Positions 8,530-17,579 of a stretch of DNA of 32,139 nucleotides are shown here, piece by piece. The position numbers and the translations under genes were made by a program. This DNA comes from a candidate division FCPU426 bacterium. GTDB lineage: Bacteria; Oederibacteriota; JAAXVQ01; JAUVAV01. Under the pieces are notes generated by a model. It saw only the letters and a list, made by a program, of their open reading frames with translations, was not told the DNA's origin and did no database searches. The DNA lies in the NCBI GenBank assembly GCA_030637655.1, contig DAOWGI010000009.1, forward strand, positions 1 to 32,139, read 5' to 3'. Position 1 is the first letter of the stretch, and each line of letters begins with the position of its first letter.

Positions 8530-11500
8530 ATGAGGTCAATGATGAGTAATTATCTTATTTCTCAACAAAAAATAATGATGTTATCATTGTGGCATCAGCT
8601 TGCGGCAAAGAAAATCATCAGTATAATATCACTTTTACTTACACTCTCCTTTATTTTTCCTTATTTAACCTGGGCCTTTGAGAGCCAACCCCTGGTGACT
8701 GGAATGCCTGGAGTTGTTTTTAATCATCAGGCCATAAAAATTCCCCGGAACTTAGGCACAGTGACAAAAGCATTTCAGGGTAAAGAACGATTAGTGCTTT
8801 ATATCCATGATTTGCATTGCAATTATGAGGTGCAAACGCATATCGCGCGGCTGATTGAGCACCTGGCCCGTGAACACGGTCTGGACCTGGTGGGAGTGGA
8901 AGGCGCCGCCGGGAGGATTAATGTGAATAAATTATCGACGTTTCCGGTGAAGGCCGTAAAAGAGGAAGTCGGGAAATACTTCATGCAACAGGGAAAAATA
9001 ACCGGAGCGGAATATTATGCGGCTACTGGGAAGTATCCGATTTATTTGCAAGGCATAGAGACAGGTGAGGAGTATCAGGCCAACCGGGAAGCGGCCTTGC
9101 GCTTTTTAAATGATGAAAGTCAAGGTTATGTATTTGATTTGCGGGAGCAACTGGAGGACATTAAGCCGTCAGTTTATAGTGAAGTTTTGCAGAAGCACGA
9201 TAGTCACCGGACGAGGTTCAGTCAAGGAAGGCAATCATTACTGGAATATTGTGTGTTTTTATATAAGGCGGGGTTGCAGGCCAAAGTGCGGATGAAGAAT
9301 TTTCCGCAGTTGTATGCGTATGTATCCAAACGTATGAATGTTTTGCCACGGGAAGCGGATAGCGACGCGCTTTATGCGGAGATGGAGCGGATGGAACAGG
9401 GGTTGCGGGAGAGATTTTACCTGGGGCCGGATGAGCGCGAGCTGGACGGGCTGTTACATAAACTGGATGTAGTTGAGAAGTTGATTAATATTTCAGTCAC
9501 ACCGGAGGAGCTGGCAGAGTACTGTGGAAATAGTGAAAGCTTTCAGGTACAGGCGTATATGGATTTTATCGGGCCACGCCAAGCTGAGTATGGTTTGGGG
9601 CTGGACGAGGAAGTGTACCAACTGGACCAATATCTCAAGCAAGCAGAGGAATTTTACCGGTTGGCAGACAAACGAAGTGTCTCTTTTGTGGAAAACACCC
9701 TGCAGTGCATGGAGCAGCAGCAAACACAGTTGGCAGCGCTGGTAACCGGAGGGTTTCACAGCGAAAGAGTATTAGCGGAATTACAGAGGCATAAAATATC
9801 ATATGTATGCGTAAAACCCAGGCTGAGACAAACGGAAAATATAAACCCCTATTTTTCGTTGCTGCGGAACCAACGTACGCCTTTAGAGAAGCTGCTGGCT
9901 CAGAATCAAAATATTCTGGGCCTGCCAACGTCTTTTAGGGTGGACGGGAAACCACACTTGGAAGACGGACAGGTTTTTTATAAAAATCTTGGTACCACAC
10001 TGAAAACGACGAATTTTGTAGGCCTGATACGCGAGGGAATAAAAGAATTACGCCAATTGTTGATAGAACAGGGAGCGGACATTGCAGCCTACTCTGAAAA
10101 TGACCCGCAAAACGCGTCGATTAAGATAAAAGGCGCAGCAGCGAATATGGAGACCCAAACCTATGTGTTGTCCTTGAAAAACACGGACTTCACAGTAGTG
10201 ATTCAGCCGCGCGGCGCGAAAGAATGCGGGGCGGGAATACTGCGGACCAGGGCGGTATTTAAGGATTACCAAGTTACGATACTGCACAAGGTAACAGCAG
10301 AACAGCGGCAAGCGCTATTAGCAGGTCAAGCTGAGTTGCTAACCACAGAGATACTTTGGCAGGCAATACTAAAAAATCCAATAGCAAAGTTAATATCAGC
10401 CGGGGTCAAGGCCATGGCGCAGATTTTAAACCGGCTTCGCTCTTTGCCCCTGCTGAAAATAACCGGTTTAGCGGCCGCGTTTGCCTGCCTGTATGTTTGT
10501 GTGAGTCTGAGTTCCGCGAATATGCTTTTTGCCGGCGTGTTTTTATCAATTCTGCTCAGTCTTAATATGGCGGCAAATTATTGGACCCCGGTCTCGGATT
10601 GGCTTGGGGATTTTTCATTTTTATCCGCCCGGTCGGATCCGGAAGGCCGTCCAAACAACCTGATGATGAATAATGTATCTAAACCATCAACAACAGGCAT
10701 TTTGTGGGGACTATACCCAAAACCCAGGCAGCCGAGAAGATCAAATAACACTTCAAAACTTGATGAAGAAGTACACGACGCAATTATACAAGGGCAAATT
10801 TTAGAGAATATGGGAATATTATTTGTGCGCACGCCTAAATATTTAGAGGATTTATTTTCATTATATTATAATGACGAGTCGCCTATAGGAAAGCATGCCA
10901 AAAGGCTTGTGCCTGAATTATCCCAGTTGAAGACTAACAAGGAATTTATGGATACAATGTTTGAAGAACTTAAGGATAGGAAAAAGCAATGCAAATATTT
11001 TAATACTAAAAATGAAAAGGGTGTTCCAATGCGTATCTGGGTATATCCTGATGGAACCATAGTTAGATATAAACCAAGGACAGATGAGTCATACCATCAA
11101 CCGCTTTATACTGTCGAGATAAAAAGGTCTGTTTCCAATACATTTAATCTGAAAGCAATCAAGGAGCCTCCGGTATCATTGAGTGATATAGCGTTCAAAG
11201 TAAGTCCCACGGGCGAGCTACTACCAAAAAACAAACAGGAAATTAATAATCCGTATGACATTACTGATCTTGAATATGACGAATATGCGGAAATAATGAT
11301 GGCAAGAGCGCATAATTTTTTACTAAGAGATTCATCGCAAGACGACCTAAATGAAAGAAAACCACCTGCCCCAAGAAGTTGGGACAGACCAAAGACATCC
11401 TTAGAGGACGCGCAAATACCGCCCCCTGTATGGATGTTTCTGCCATTGTGGATAAGTCAAAAAACCCAACAATTACGAACAAGCTTTATTGTCAGCCTCA

Positions 11501-14500
11501 GGGACTGGCTAAAGATAGAAGAAACCGGCCTAGTTTTGGGACTAAAGCAAGCCAACCGGAAAGCAACGATTGATCGGGTAAATGGTAAAATTAAATCATG
11601 GCCGGCGTTTCTTTATAGTATTTGGAAGGAGAATCTTTTTCTGCTGTATTTCAGTTCAATTCATATTGTTGGTTTTGTTTTGGCTGCAGTATTACTTTCT
11701 TTAGGTGATCCTACGTTGCTTGCTTCACACATGCAATTTATAAATATACTGTCCTTTTATTTCGCAGTCTTGCTCTTTGCCATAATACCCTACGGCATAT
11801 CTTTGGATTCCTTTATTGAGGAGCATGGCGCAGAGGTCCCGGTCTGGGAAAATAAGAAAATTAGACTTGTTCCGCGCAACGAGGGCCATGATGTACAACT
11901 GAGCTTTTTATACGGCCTGATAGGCGCTACACCTATTGCCGGCACATGGTTTTTGACTACTTTAGTGGCTGCCAATGGAGGGTTTTTAGGATTTGGATTA
12001 ATTTCAAGTGTGCTCGTTATTTTGATTGCTGAGCCGGTGTTAGGAATGGCGGCTGCCTGGCTTCTCCATGTCTTTGGCTGGGATTTCGGATTAACCAAAT
12101 TGTTTCCGGGCTTGGCATGGGGACATCATGATAAATACTATAAATTCAGATCAGAAAACCGGCCTTCCGATTGGCCAAATACAGCAGAAGACTTAAGCGG
12201 TTTTTTCAATGAGCTGGCGTCGGCTGACAGCGATCAAATAGTTGAAATCTTACAAAGTATAAAACCAGAACACTGGCCTGAGATTACTGAATTTATCCAG
12301 ACCTCAATAGGCAACCGGTCATTGAAGAAGGAGCAGATTAAGCGTGTCCAAAAATCAATTGGCGATTTGAAAAACACACCTAACTATGATACATACTTGA
12401 ATACTTTTAGCATGACAGATGTGGAGATGGAAAACCTCAGGGCATTTATTAATTATTTAGACGGCATATTAGGGGTTGTGGCTGAAGTTGTTGATCCTAA
12501 AGGGGAAAGAGATCCGGTTATTGATCAGGTCATTATAGCCAATCTGAGCAGCATTAAAGGCATTATTGATGATAAGCGTTTTCGCGAATTCAACCTGCTG
12601 GAACAAGCAGTAACCGCTTTCTTTAATATCATACCCGACATCAAAGTAGATATGGCAGAGGCTCACGCGCCTCATAAAGATAAAAGGATGGCTCTGGCGG
12701 ATTTTATCTTCGCGCACTGGGCGGTAGGTGGAAATGAGGAAAAATGGGATTTGCTGTATAAAAATATTTACGCGTATCAAAGTTTTTCCAGAGAAGAACG
12801 TATGGCAATAAATAAATTTATTATGTCTCTGGAGCACGGCAACATAAATCTTGAAGTGCGACAAAACATTTTATCATACATAGCTTATATGGTGGCGGAG
12901 GTTAAAGGGATTACCCCCAAGCGGGAAGCGCTTATTTTAGCATTAAAAGAACAAGCGAAGGAGAAAGGGATTAAGTTTGATTTTGATGAAGAAACAATAA
13001 AAATGGCTAAAAAAGCTGCTGAGCCTGAAAAAACCAGGCCCAAACCCGTACAGCCCAAAGCCGCAGCTGAGAAAGCTAAGGAAGCTGAGAAAGCTGAGAA
13101 AGCTGAGAAAGCTAAGAAAGCTAAGAAAGCTGAGAAAGCTAAGAAAGCTAAGAAAGCTAAGAAAGCTAAGAAAGCTAAGAAAGCTAAGAAAGCTAAGAAA
13201 GCTAAGAAAGCTAAAGTTAAGGTTCCTGATATACACGAGGCTATGGCGCATGCGACCGGATGGGTGGCGGTGCTAGTGGATTTTATGGATATGTACAATG
13301 ATGAAGAAAAAGAAGATGTCCACCTGCGCAAAAGTTGGATACTTAAGTCGAAGAACGAGAACATAATTGTTGAATTCAAGACCCTGTATGATTTAATCAA
13401 TAAATTTGATACTCTGGAGGAAGAATTAAAGTTAGCCAAAAAGGTAGAATTAGAGGTAGCCAAAAAGGTAAAATTAAAATTAGCCGAAAAGGGCGAATTA
13501 GAGTTAGCCGAAAAGGGCGAATTAGAGTTAGCCGAAGAGGAAGAATTAAAGTTGGCTAAAAAGGTAGAATTAGAGTTAGCCAAAAAGGGCGTAGTTCTTA
13601 GGGACTGGTTTTATTTAAGAGAAACGATCAACGCGATCTTTAAGTCACTGAGGGAATCTTCGGATAACAAGCCGCAACCTAAAGAAAACCTCTTATTTGA
13701 AGAAAAGTTCCGAGAAAGCATTTTAGCTGATCCCAGCGTACTCCTGGACTGGCGGAAAGAGGTGCTGAGGAATAAATTTGAGCGTCTACACCAGGCAGCG
13801 ATAAGCATTGCTGCTGAAATATCAAAAGTCAATAAAACTATGAATAAAAGGCGCTTTAAGTCAATTGAAGGGAAGGTGGAATGTGAAGATTCAATCCCTA
13901 AAGCACTAAAAAGCCTGAGAGGTGTAGCAAAGCTGTTTTTAGTCGAAAAATTAAAATTAGAGAATAAACCCGCAGTAGCCAGGAAAAAGCCCGGGAAGCC
14001 CAGTAGTGGTAGCGCGGTAAAGCTTAGGGGAACGGCGCTTCCGCTCATTCCGCTCTTTCTTGCCTGGTTTTGGCAGGGCGAAAACTACCAGGTTTTAATC
14101 TTGGTATTTGCAGCTGCTGTCGGACTGTGGCATGCGGCCAGGTTAGGGGCAAAGCTTGTGGGAAAAATGTATTATCAATGGACTCTGCGCAGCGTGCGGG
14201 AACCCTTGGCAGATAAAGAAACCGGCCCAAAGGGGCAGTTAGAAAAGGATGGTTTACTCAAAGTTGCCCGATCTCAGGTTCCATCAACGGTTAGTAAAAT
14301 GCCAACCACAGAGCGTCTGACTGAAAGGGCGGGTGAAGCATATGCCCATCAATTTACCTTGGCACAAAAATTTACGCATTATTTATTACGTTCAATAATA
14401 TTTGCTCCGGGATTTGAACAAGCCGGCAATTTAAAGCTGCGTTTGCCAATAGAAGCTCTTGCCGGATTAATCGCAGTTGGCTTGATACTATTCAGAAGCG

Positions 14501-15525
14501 CTGTAAGATTGTGGCTGGGAACAGTGTCTGATGAAGGTGTTGACATTGACGTCAATCATCCGGAAATCGCGGCTTTACTGCTTGAAAACGGCTTGCCGGA
14601 TAAGACTGCTCTTAAGATGGCAGCTAAAAAAGGGACACCCTTACTAAAAATATGGATTATAGCGCTTAACCGGGAAAACAAAAAACAATTTGGTCGTACT
14701 TTTGGGATTATTGGCGGCTTTAAAATGCGGGAATCACAGGCAGACTTGTATCTGCCTGCTTTTCTGCTGCAAACCGTTATGAAAGGTTATCCGAAAACCG
14801 GGAACAATACCTTGCGCCTGCTTTGGGAGAAACAAAAATATGAAGTAAGCCGCTATTTTTTAAGTTTGTTGCTTAAACAGCATGCAACAACTTATCAAGC
14901 GAAAATCCGAATTGATGTGATAGTAGAGGTTTTACTCGCGAATTTAGCGCAAAAAGCAGAATCATTGGAACAGAATCTGCCAACCATGCATAAGGTTTTA
15001 AATCTGGCCGGCATATTGCCGAGGTTTTTACGCGCGCCTGTTCATTGTTACTACCGAAGGGAAAATCCGAAAAGTTATTTAAAGTTTGCATTAAAAGATT
15101 TGTCTACACCTTTTGCCAACAGGTTGCTTGATCCGAAAAACCAAGCCCATAAAATGTATTTATTGTATGCTCAAGTGGCGAATGAGGCTACTCGACAGTT
15201 GTTTGTAAACGCCATGATGGCAGAGCTTAAGCAAGTGATGTTAGTAAATACTGAGCCGGAGCTGCGGGCCTCAGTCGGTTCATTCATTATGCTTTCCAGC
15301 CAGACGCCGGATCTGCGGGGCCGAGAAATAGACAGATGGAAACATCAACCTGGCGGTGTTTTTGGGCCGAAGATTATTATTCCGAAATTGATGCTGCAAA
15401 AGGGAAACAGCGGAATACTTGGGATATTAAAAATTATTCTGGCCACCCTGCGGGAAGCACCGCAATGGAAAAACATTGCTCCCCTAAGGCCGCCGGTGCG
15501 CAGAGGCATAGCGGGTGCTGTTTAA
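8530..15525 (+). CDS. Giant (2331 aa) multi-TM protein with a probable EreA/ChaN/TIKI-like N-terminal domain; start codon uncertain
   Basis: 7-kb uninterrupted ORF; signal-like hydrophobic N-terminus; YIHDLH, LVGVEG, ADKRS..FVEN and LVTGGFH motifs; several hydrophobic TM clusters; low-complexity repeats. Confidence 0.8.
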   Translation: MRSMMSNYLISQQKIMMLSLWHQLAAKKIISIISLLLTLSFIFPYLTWAFESQPLVTGMPGVVFNHQAIKIPRNLGTVTKAFQGKERLVLYIHDLHCNYEVQTHIARLIEHLAREHGLDLVGVEGAAGRINVNKLSTFPVKAVKEEVGKYFMQQGKITGAEYYAATGKYPIYLQGIETGEEYQANREAALRFLNDESQGYVFDLREQLEDIKPSVYSEVLQKHDSHRTRFSQGRQSLLEYCVFLYKAGLQAKVRMKNFPQLYAYVSKRMNVLPREADSDALYAEMERMEQGLRERFYLGPDERELDGLLHKLDVVEKLINISVTPEELAEYCGNSESFQVQAYMDFIGPRQAEYGLGLDEEVYQLDQYLKQAEEFYRLADKRSVSFVENTLQCMEQQQTQLAALVTGGFHSERVLAELQRHKISYVCVKPRLRQTENINPYFSLLRNQRTPLEKLLAQNQNILGLPTSFRVDGKPHLEDGQVFYKNLGTTLKTTNFVGLIREGIKELRQLLIEQGADIAAYSENDPQNASIKIKGAAANMETQTYVLSLKNTDFTVVIQPRGAKECGAGILRTRAVFKDYQVTILHKVTAEQRQALLAGQAELLTTEILWQAILKNPIAKLISAGVKAMAQILNRLRSLPLLKITGLAAAFACLYVCVSLSSANMLFAGVFLSILLSLNMAANYWTPVSDWLGDFSFLSARSDPEGRPNNLMMNNVSKPSTTGILWGLYPKPRQPRRSNNTSKLDEEVHDAIIQGQILENMGILFVRTPKYLEDLFSLYYNDESPIGKHAKRLVPELSQLKTNKEFMDTMFEELKDRKKQCKYFNTKNEKGVPMRIWVYPDGTIVRYKPRTDESYHQPLYTVEIKRSVSNTFNLKAIKEPPVSLSDIAFKVSPTGELLPKNKQEINNPYDITDLEYDEYAEIMMARAHNFLLRDSSQDDLNERKPPAPRSWDRPKTSLEDAQIPPPVWMFLPLWISQKTQQLRTSFIVSLRDWLKIEETGLVLGLKQANRKATIDRVNGKIKSWPAFLYSIWKENLFLLYFSSIHIVGFVLAAVLLSLGDPTLLASHMQFINILSFYFAVLLFAIIPYGISLDSFIEEHGAEVPVWENKKIRLVPRNEGHDVQLSFLYGLIGATPIAGTWFLTTLVAANGGFLGFGLISSVLVILIAEPVLGMAAAWLLHVFGWDFGLTKLFPGLAWGHHDKYYKFRSENRPSDWPNTAEDLSGFFNELASADSDQIVEILQSIKPEHWPEITEFIQTSIGNRSLKKEQIKRVQKSIGDLKNTPNYDTYLNTFSMTDVEMENLRAFINYLDGILGVVAEVVDPKGERDPVIDQVIIANLSSIKGIIDDKRFREFNLLEQAVTAFFNIIPDIKVDMAEAHAPHKDKRMALADFIFAHWAVGGNEEKWDLLYKNIYAYQSFSREERMAINKFIMSLEHGNINLEVRQNILSYIAYMVAEVKGITPKREALILALKEQAKEKGIKFDFDEETIKMAKKAAEPEKTRPKPVQPKAAAEKAKEAEKAEKAEKAKKAKKAEKAKKAKKAKKAKKAKKAKKAKKAKKAKVKVPDIHEAMAHATGWVAVLVDFMDMYNDEEKEDVHLRKSWILKSKNENIIVEFKTLYDLINKFDTLEEELKLAKKVELEVAKKVKLKLAEKGELELAEKGELELAEEEELKLAKKVELELAKKGVVLRDWFYLRETINAIFKSLRESSDNKPQPKENLLFEEKFRESILADPSVLLDWRKEVLRNKFERLHQAAISIAAEISKVNKTMNKRRFKSIEGKVECEDSIPKALKSLRGVAKLFLVEKLKLENKPAVARKKPGKPSSGSAVKLRGTALPLIPLFLAWFWQGENYQVLILVFAAAVGLWHAARLGAKLVGKMYYQWTLRSVREPLADKETGPKGQLEKDGLLKVARSQVPSTVSKMPTTERLTERAGEAYAHQFTLAQKFTHYLLRSIIFAPGFEQAGNLKLRLPIEALAGLIAVGLILFRSAVRLWLGTVSDEGVDIDVNHPEIAALLLENGLPDKTALKMAAKKGTPLLKIWIIALNRENKKQFGRTFGIIGGFKMRESQADLYLPAFLLQTVMKGYPKTGNNTLRLLWEKQKYEVSRYFLSLLLKQHATTYQAKIRIDVIVEVLLANLAQKAESLEQNLPTMHKVLNLAGILPRFLRAPVHCYYRRENPKSYLKFALKDLSTPFANRLLDPKNQAHKMYLLYAQVANEATRQLFVNAMMAELKQVMLVNTEPELRASVGSFIMLSSQTPDLRGREIDRWKHQPGGVFGPKIIIPKLMLQKGNSGILGILKIILATLREAPQWKNIAPLRPPVRRGIAGAV
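13066..13215 (+). repeat. 9-bp in-frame tandem repeat GCTRAGRAA x16 (A-E/K-K)
   Basis: 16 full units at 13066-13209 plus a partial unit; encodes AEKAKEAEK...AKKAKK. Confidence 0.97.
13423..13590 (+). repeat. 24-bp in-frame tandem repeat x7 (ELELAKKG/V)
   Basis: Seven units resembling GAATTAGAGTTAGCCRAAAAGGKM starting at 13423, 13447, 13471, 13495, 13519, 13543 and 13567. Confidence 0.93.
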
Positions 15526-15554
15526 AAAATGCACGCTAAAAAAATAGTATTTTT

Positions 15555-15587
15555 CTGGACCCCGGCTAAAAGCATGCCGGGGTGGCA
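15555..15587 (-). repeat. Palindromic REP-like element (TGCCACCCCGGCATGCTTTTAGCCGGGGTCCAG), possibly also terminating the giant ORF
   Basis: ACCCCGGC/GCCGGGGT stem 30 bp after the stop codon; resembles GTCATYCCGGC...GCCGGRATCCAG-type extragenic palindromes. Confidence 0.6.
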
Positions 15588-15620
15588 TATTAATAGAATT
15601 TCAGAAACATGATACCAGGT

Positions 15621-15925
15621 ATTTTGACAACTGAGGTAAACCGGTAGTGTCAAGAAAGGAATGAAAGAAAAATGACAAACGATATCGAAGGGGCAAATCA
15701 TGTAATCATCTGTGATGTGAGGGCGATCACAAGGATCGCCCCTACGAAAGTGGGCGATGACGAATCGCGAAATCGCCCGTGAATGCCCCGGATGCCGTAG
15801 GGGCGAATCTTGTATTCGCCCGAAAATATGCCGGATAGGGGGGACAAGTAAAAAGCAGGAAAAACTTTGCATGATTTATGTTTTTGAGAATTAAGGTCAA
15901 AAAATTTTGACAACTGAGGTAAACC
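15621..15925 (+). repeat. 22-bp perfect direct repeat ATTTTGACAACTGAGGTAAACC (15621-15642 and 15904-15925)
   Basis: Two identical copies 283 bp apart (start to start), read directly from the sequence. Confidence 0.9.
15687..15821. repeat. Cluster of GTAG-family REP elements
   Basis: GTAGGGGCGATCCTTGTGATCGCCC (minus strand, 15721-15745), GTAGGGGCGAATCTTGTATTCGCCC (plus strand, 15797-15821), hairpin GGGCGAT..ATCGCCC (15752-15778) and a degenerate copy near 15687. Confidence 0.8.
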
Positions 15926-15941
15926 CAGTGGGAGAATATCT

Positions 15942-17240
15942 ATGCCTATACTAAAGCAATGGCGGCTTTTCTATTTACTGGTTTTGATCATGGGTGGGAT
16001 AACAGTTTTGTCCGGCAGAGCGGATTATATTGATGACGACAAGCTGCGCTGGAAAGAATTTTATCAGGAATTTACGCCCGAATCCAAAGCCAATCAGTGG
16101 TTTACGCCTTTTGCCGCAGAAAACCGCAATGATATAAAAACCATTCAAGTTGTCAGTGTTTTCGGTTCGCCCCGTAAATCCTATCTCAAAGGGCATATTC
16201 ATACCGGCCTGGATGTGATTCCGAAGAAGAAAGTGGAAAAATATGTCTATGTTTTTCCTCTGGCCAACGGGGTCGTGTGCTCAGTGCACTTGGGCCATCC
16301 GCATAAAACCATTGTACTTAAGCATGTGCTGCCAAACGGCCAATTGATATATACATCTTACAAGCATTTGGAAAGTATTTATTTGAGCCAGGGGGAACAG
16401 GTCACCCGGCACTTCAAATTGGGACGGCTGTACACCAGGAAAGAAGCTTTGGCCCAGGGCGGAAATTATGATCATTTGCACTTGGAAATAAGAAAACAAT
16501 TTGATGATTACGGAGTCGCCAGTTGGGCTACCCTGACTACAGATGCGCTGCGGCAAAGATTTTACAATCCCCTTGCATTTATGCGAAAAAAAATATCATT
16601 GGTTTTGCCCAAAGTCGTCATTATCAATCCCCGGAAGGATAAAAACGACCTGTCATTGGTGACCCCCATTATTGCCGCGCTGGATGTGAAATTCAGATGT
16701 CAGCCCGTGGTATTGCACTACCTTGAAGCGGATATTGAAAAAATCAAACAACTTTCGCCGCAGACCATTATTATTGCCGGGCAATCCACGCCCTGGCATT
16801 TGTATACCGCCGAAGAACTGACTGCTATTTTCACGTTGCTTAAAAGCACCACGGTTCCGGTGTTGGGCATCTGTGGCGGCCATCAACTCATTGCTTTGGC
16901 TTACGGCGCCAAGGTGGGATTGATCAAAGGGAAACACAAACCTGCTGCTTATAAAAATTGTTTTCGCTCAGAAGGAATGATTGCAACCAAAATTATAAAA
17001 CCGGATAAAATACTGGCAGGCTTACCGGCCAAACTCCGGGTCTATGTCTCGCATTGTGAGGAAATCAAATCTTTGCCGCGGAAATTCGAGCTGTTAATCA
17101 AAGGCCGGATGTCAAAATTGCAAATGATAAAACATAAAAACAAGGAAATCTATGGGGTGCAATTTCATCCGGAACAGAGATCGCCGGAAAATCCGGACGG
17201 CATGAAAATCTTGGAAAATTTTATTGAACACCATATGTAA
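15942..17240 (+). CDS. Exported M23-family metallopeptidase fused to a class I glutamine amidotransferase (GATase/peptidase C26-like) domain
   Basis: Signal peptide; HTGLD (HxxxD), YKHL and DHLHLEIR (HxH) of M23; PVLGICGGHQ and GVQFHPE catalytic triad of GATase-1. Confidence 0.85.
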   Translation: MPILKQWRLFYLLVLIMGGITVLSGRADYIDDDKLRWKEFYQEFTPESKANQWFTPFAAENRNDIKTIQVVSVFGSPRKSYLKGHIHTGLDVIPKKKVEKYVYVFPLANGVVCSVHLGHPHKTIVLKHVLPNGQLIYTSYKHLESIYLSQGEQVTRHFKLGRLYTRKEALAQGGNYDHLHLEIRKQFDDYGVASWATLTTDALRQRFYNPLAFMRKKISLVLPKVVIINPRKDKNDLSLVTPIIAALDVKFRCQPVVLHYLEADIEKIKQLSPQTIIIAGQSTPWHLYTAEELTAIFTLLKSTTVPVLGICGGHQLIALAYGAKVGLIKGKHKPAAYKNCFRSEGMIATKIIKPDKILAGLPAKLRVYVSHCEEIKSLPRKFELLIKGRMSKLQMIKHKNKEIYGVQFHPEQRSPENPDGMKILENFIEHHM

Positions 17241-17328
17241 TTTTTTAGTAACTTACAGCTTGAGCCTTGACCGGAAAAATATTGTGCTTCTAGGGGACGC
17301 TTCGTGAGTAATGAGTCTAATTATTCAT

Positions 17329-17356
17329 TTGCTTTTTTCCGGAAAAGGCGTATACT
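17329..17356 (+). promoter_or_regulatory. Putative sigma70 promoter of the DEAD-box helicase
   Basis: TTGCTT (17329-17334), 16-bp spacer, TATACT (17351-17356). Confidence 0.55.
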
Positions 17357-17579
17357 AATCCAACGATAGCGAGTATAACTTACCTTCCGGTTTTTCCTTT
17401 CTTAATAAAGAATCAACGGCAGAAAAAATATCGCTAATCAATAAAAATCCTGATGACTTAACTTTTTTCCGACAGGGTTTGCGGCTGTGTTCCAGCCCTC
17501 CAAATCAGACCTTGTTGCCAGTGAAACGTTTTCAGATGGATTTATATCTCTGTTTGCTTGCAAACACAAAGGAAGAAAC

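Noticed and set aside
12885-13583. 232-aa and 102-aa antisense ORFs (AFL/SFL repeats) inside the giant gene
   Set aside because: They are shadows of the stop-free tandem repeats on the opposite strand; no RBS or independent coding signal.
15522-15913. Minus-strand ORFs of 116 aa and 71 aa
   Set aside because: They run through REP palindromes (VGAILVIAL, RRGDPCDRP are typical REP translations); not credible genes.
15621-15925. 22-bp direct repeat as a CRISPR array
   Set aside because: Only two copies, a 261-bp interval filled with REPs, and no cas genes.
17487-17579. 31-codon N-terminal extension of the helicase in the ORF track
   Set aside because: Helicase homology starts at MKFESL and the RBS precedes the ATG at 17580; the extension is better read as 5' UTR.
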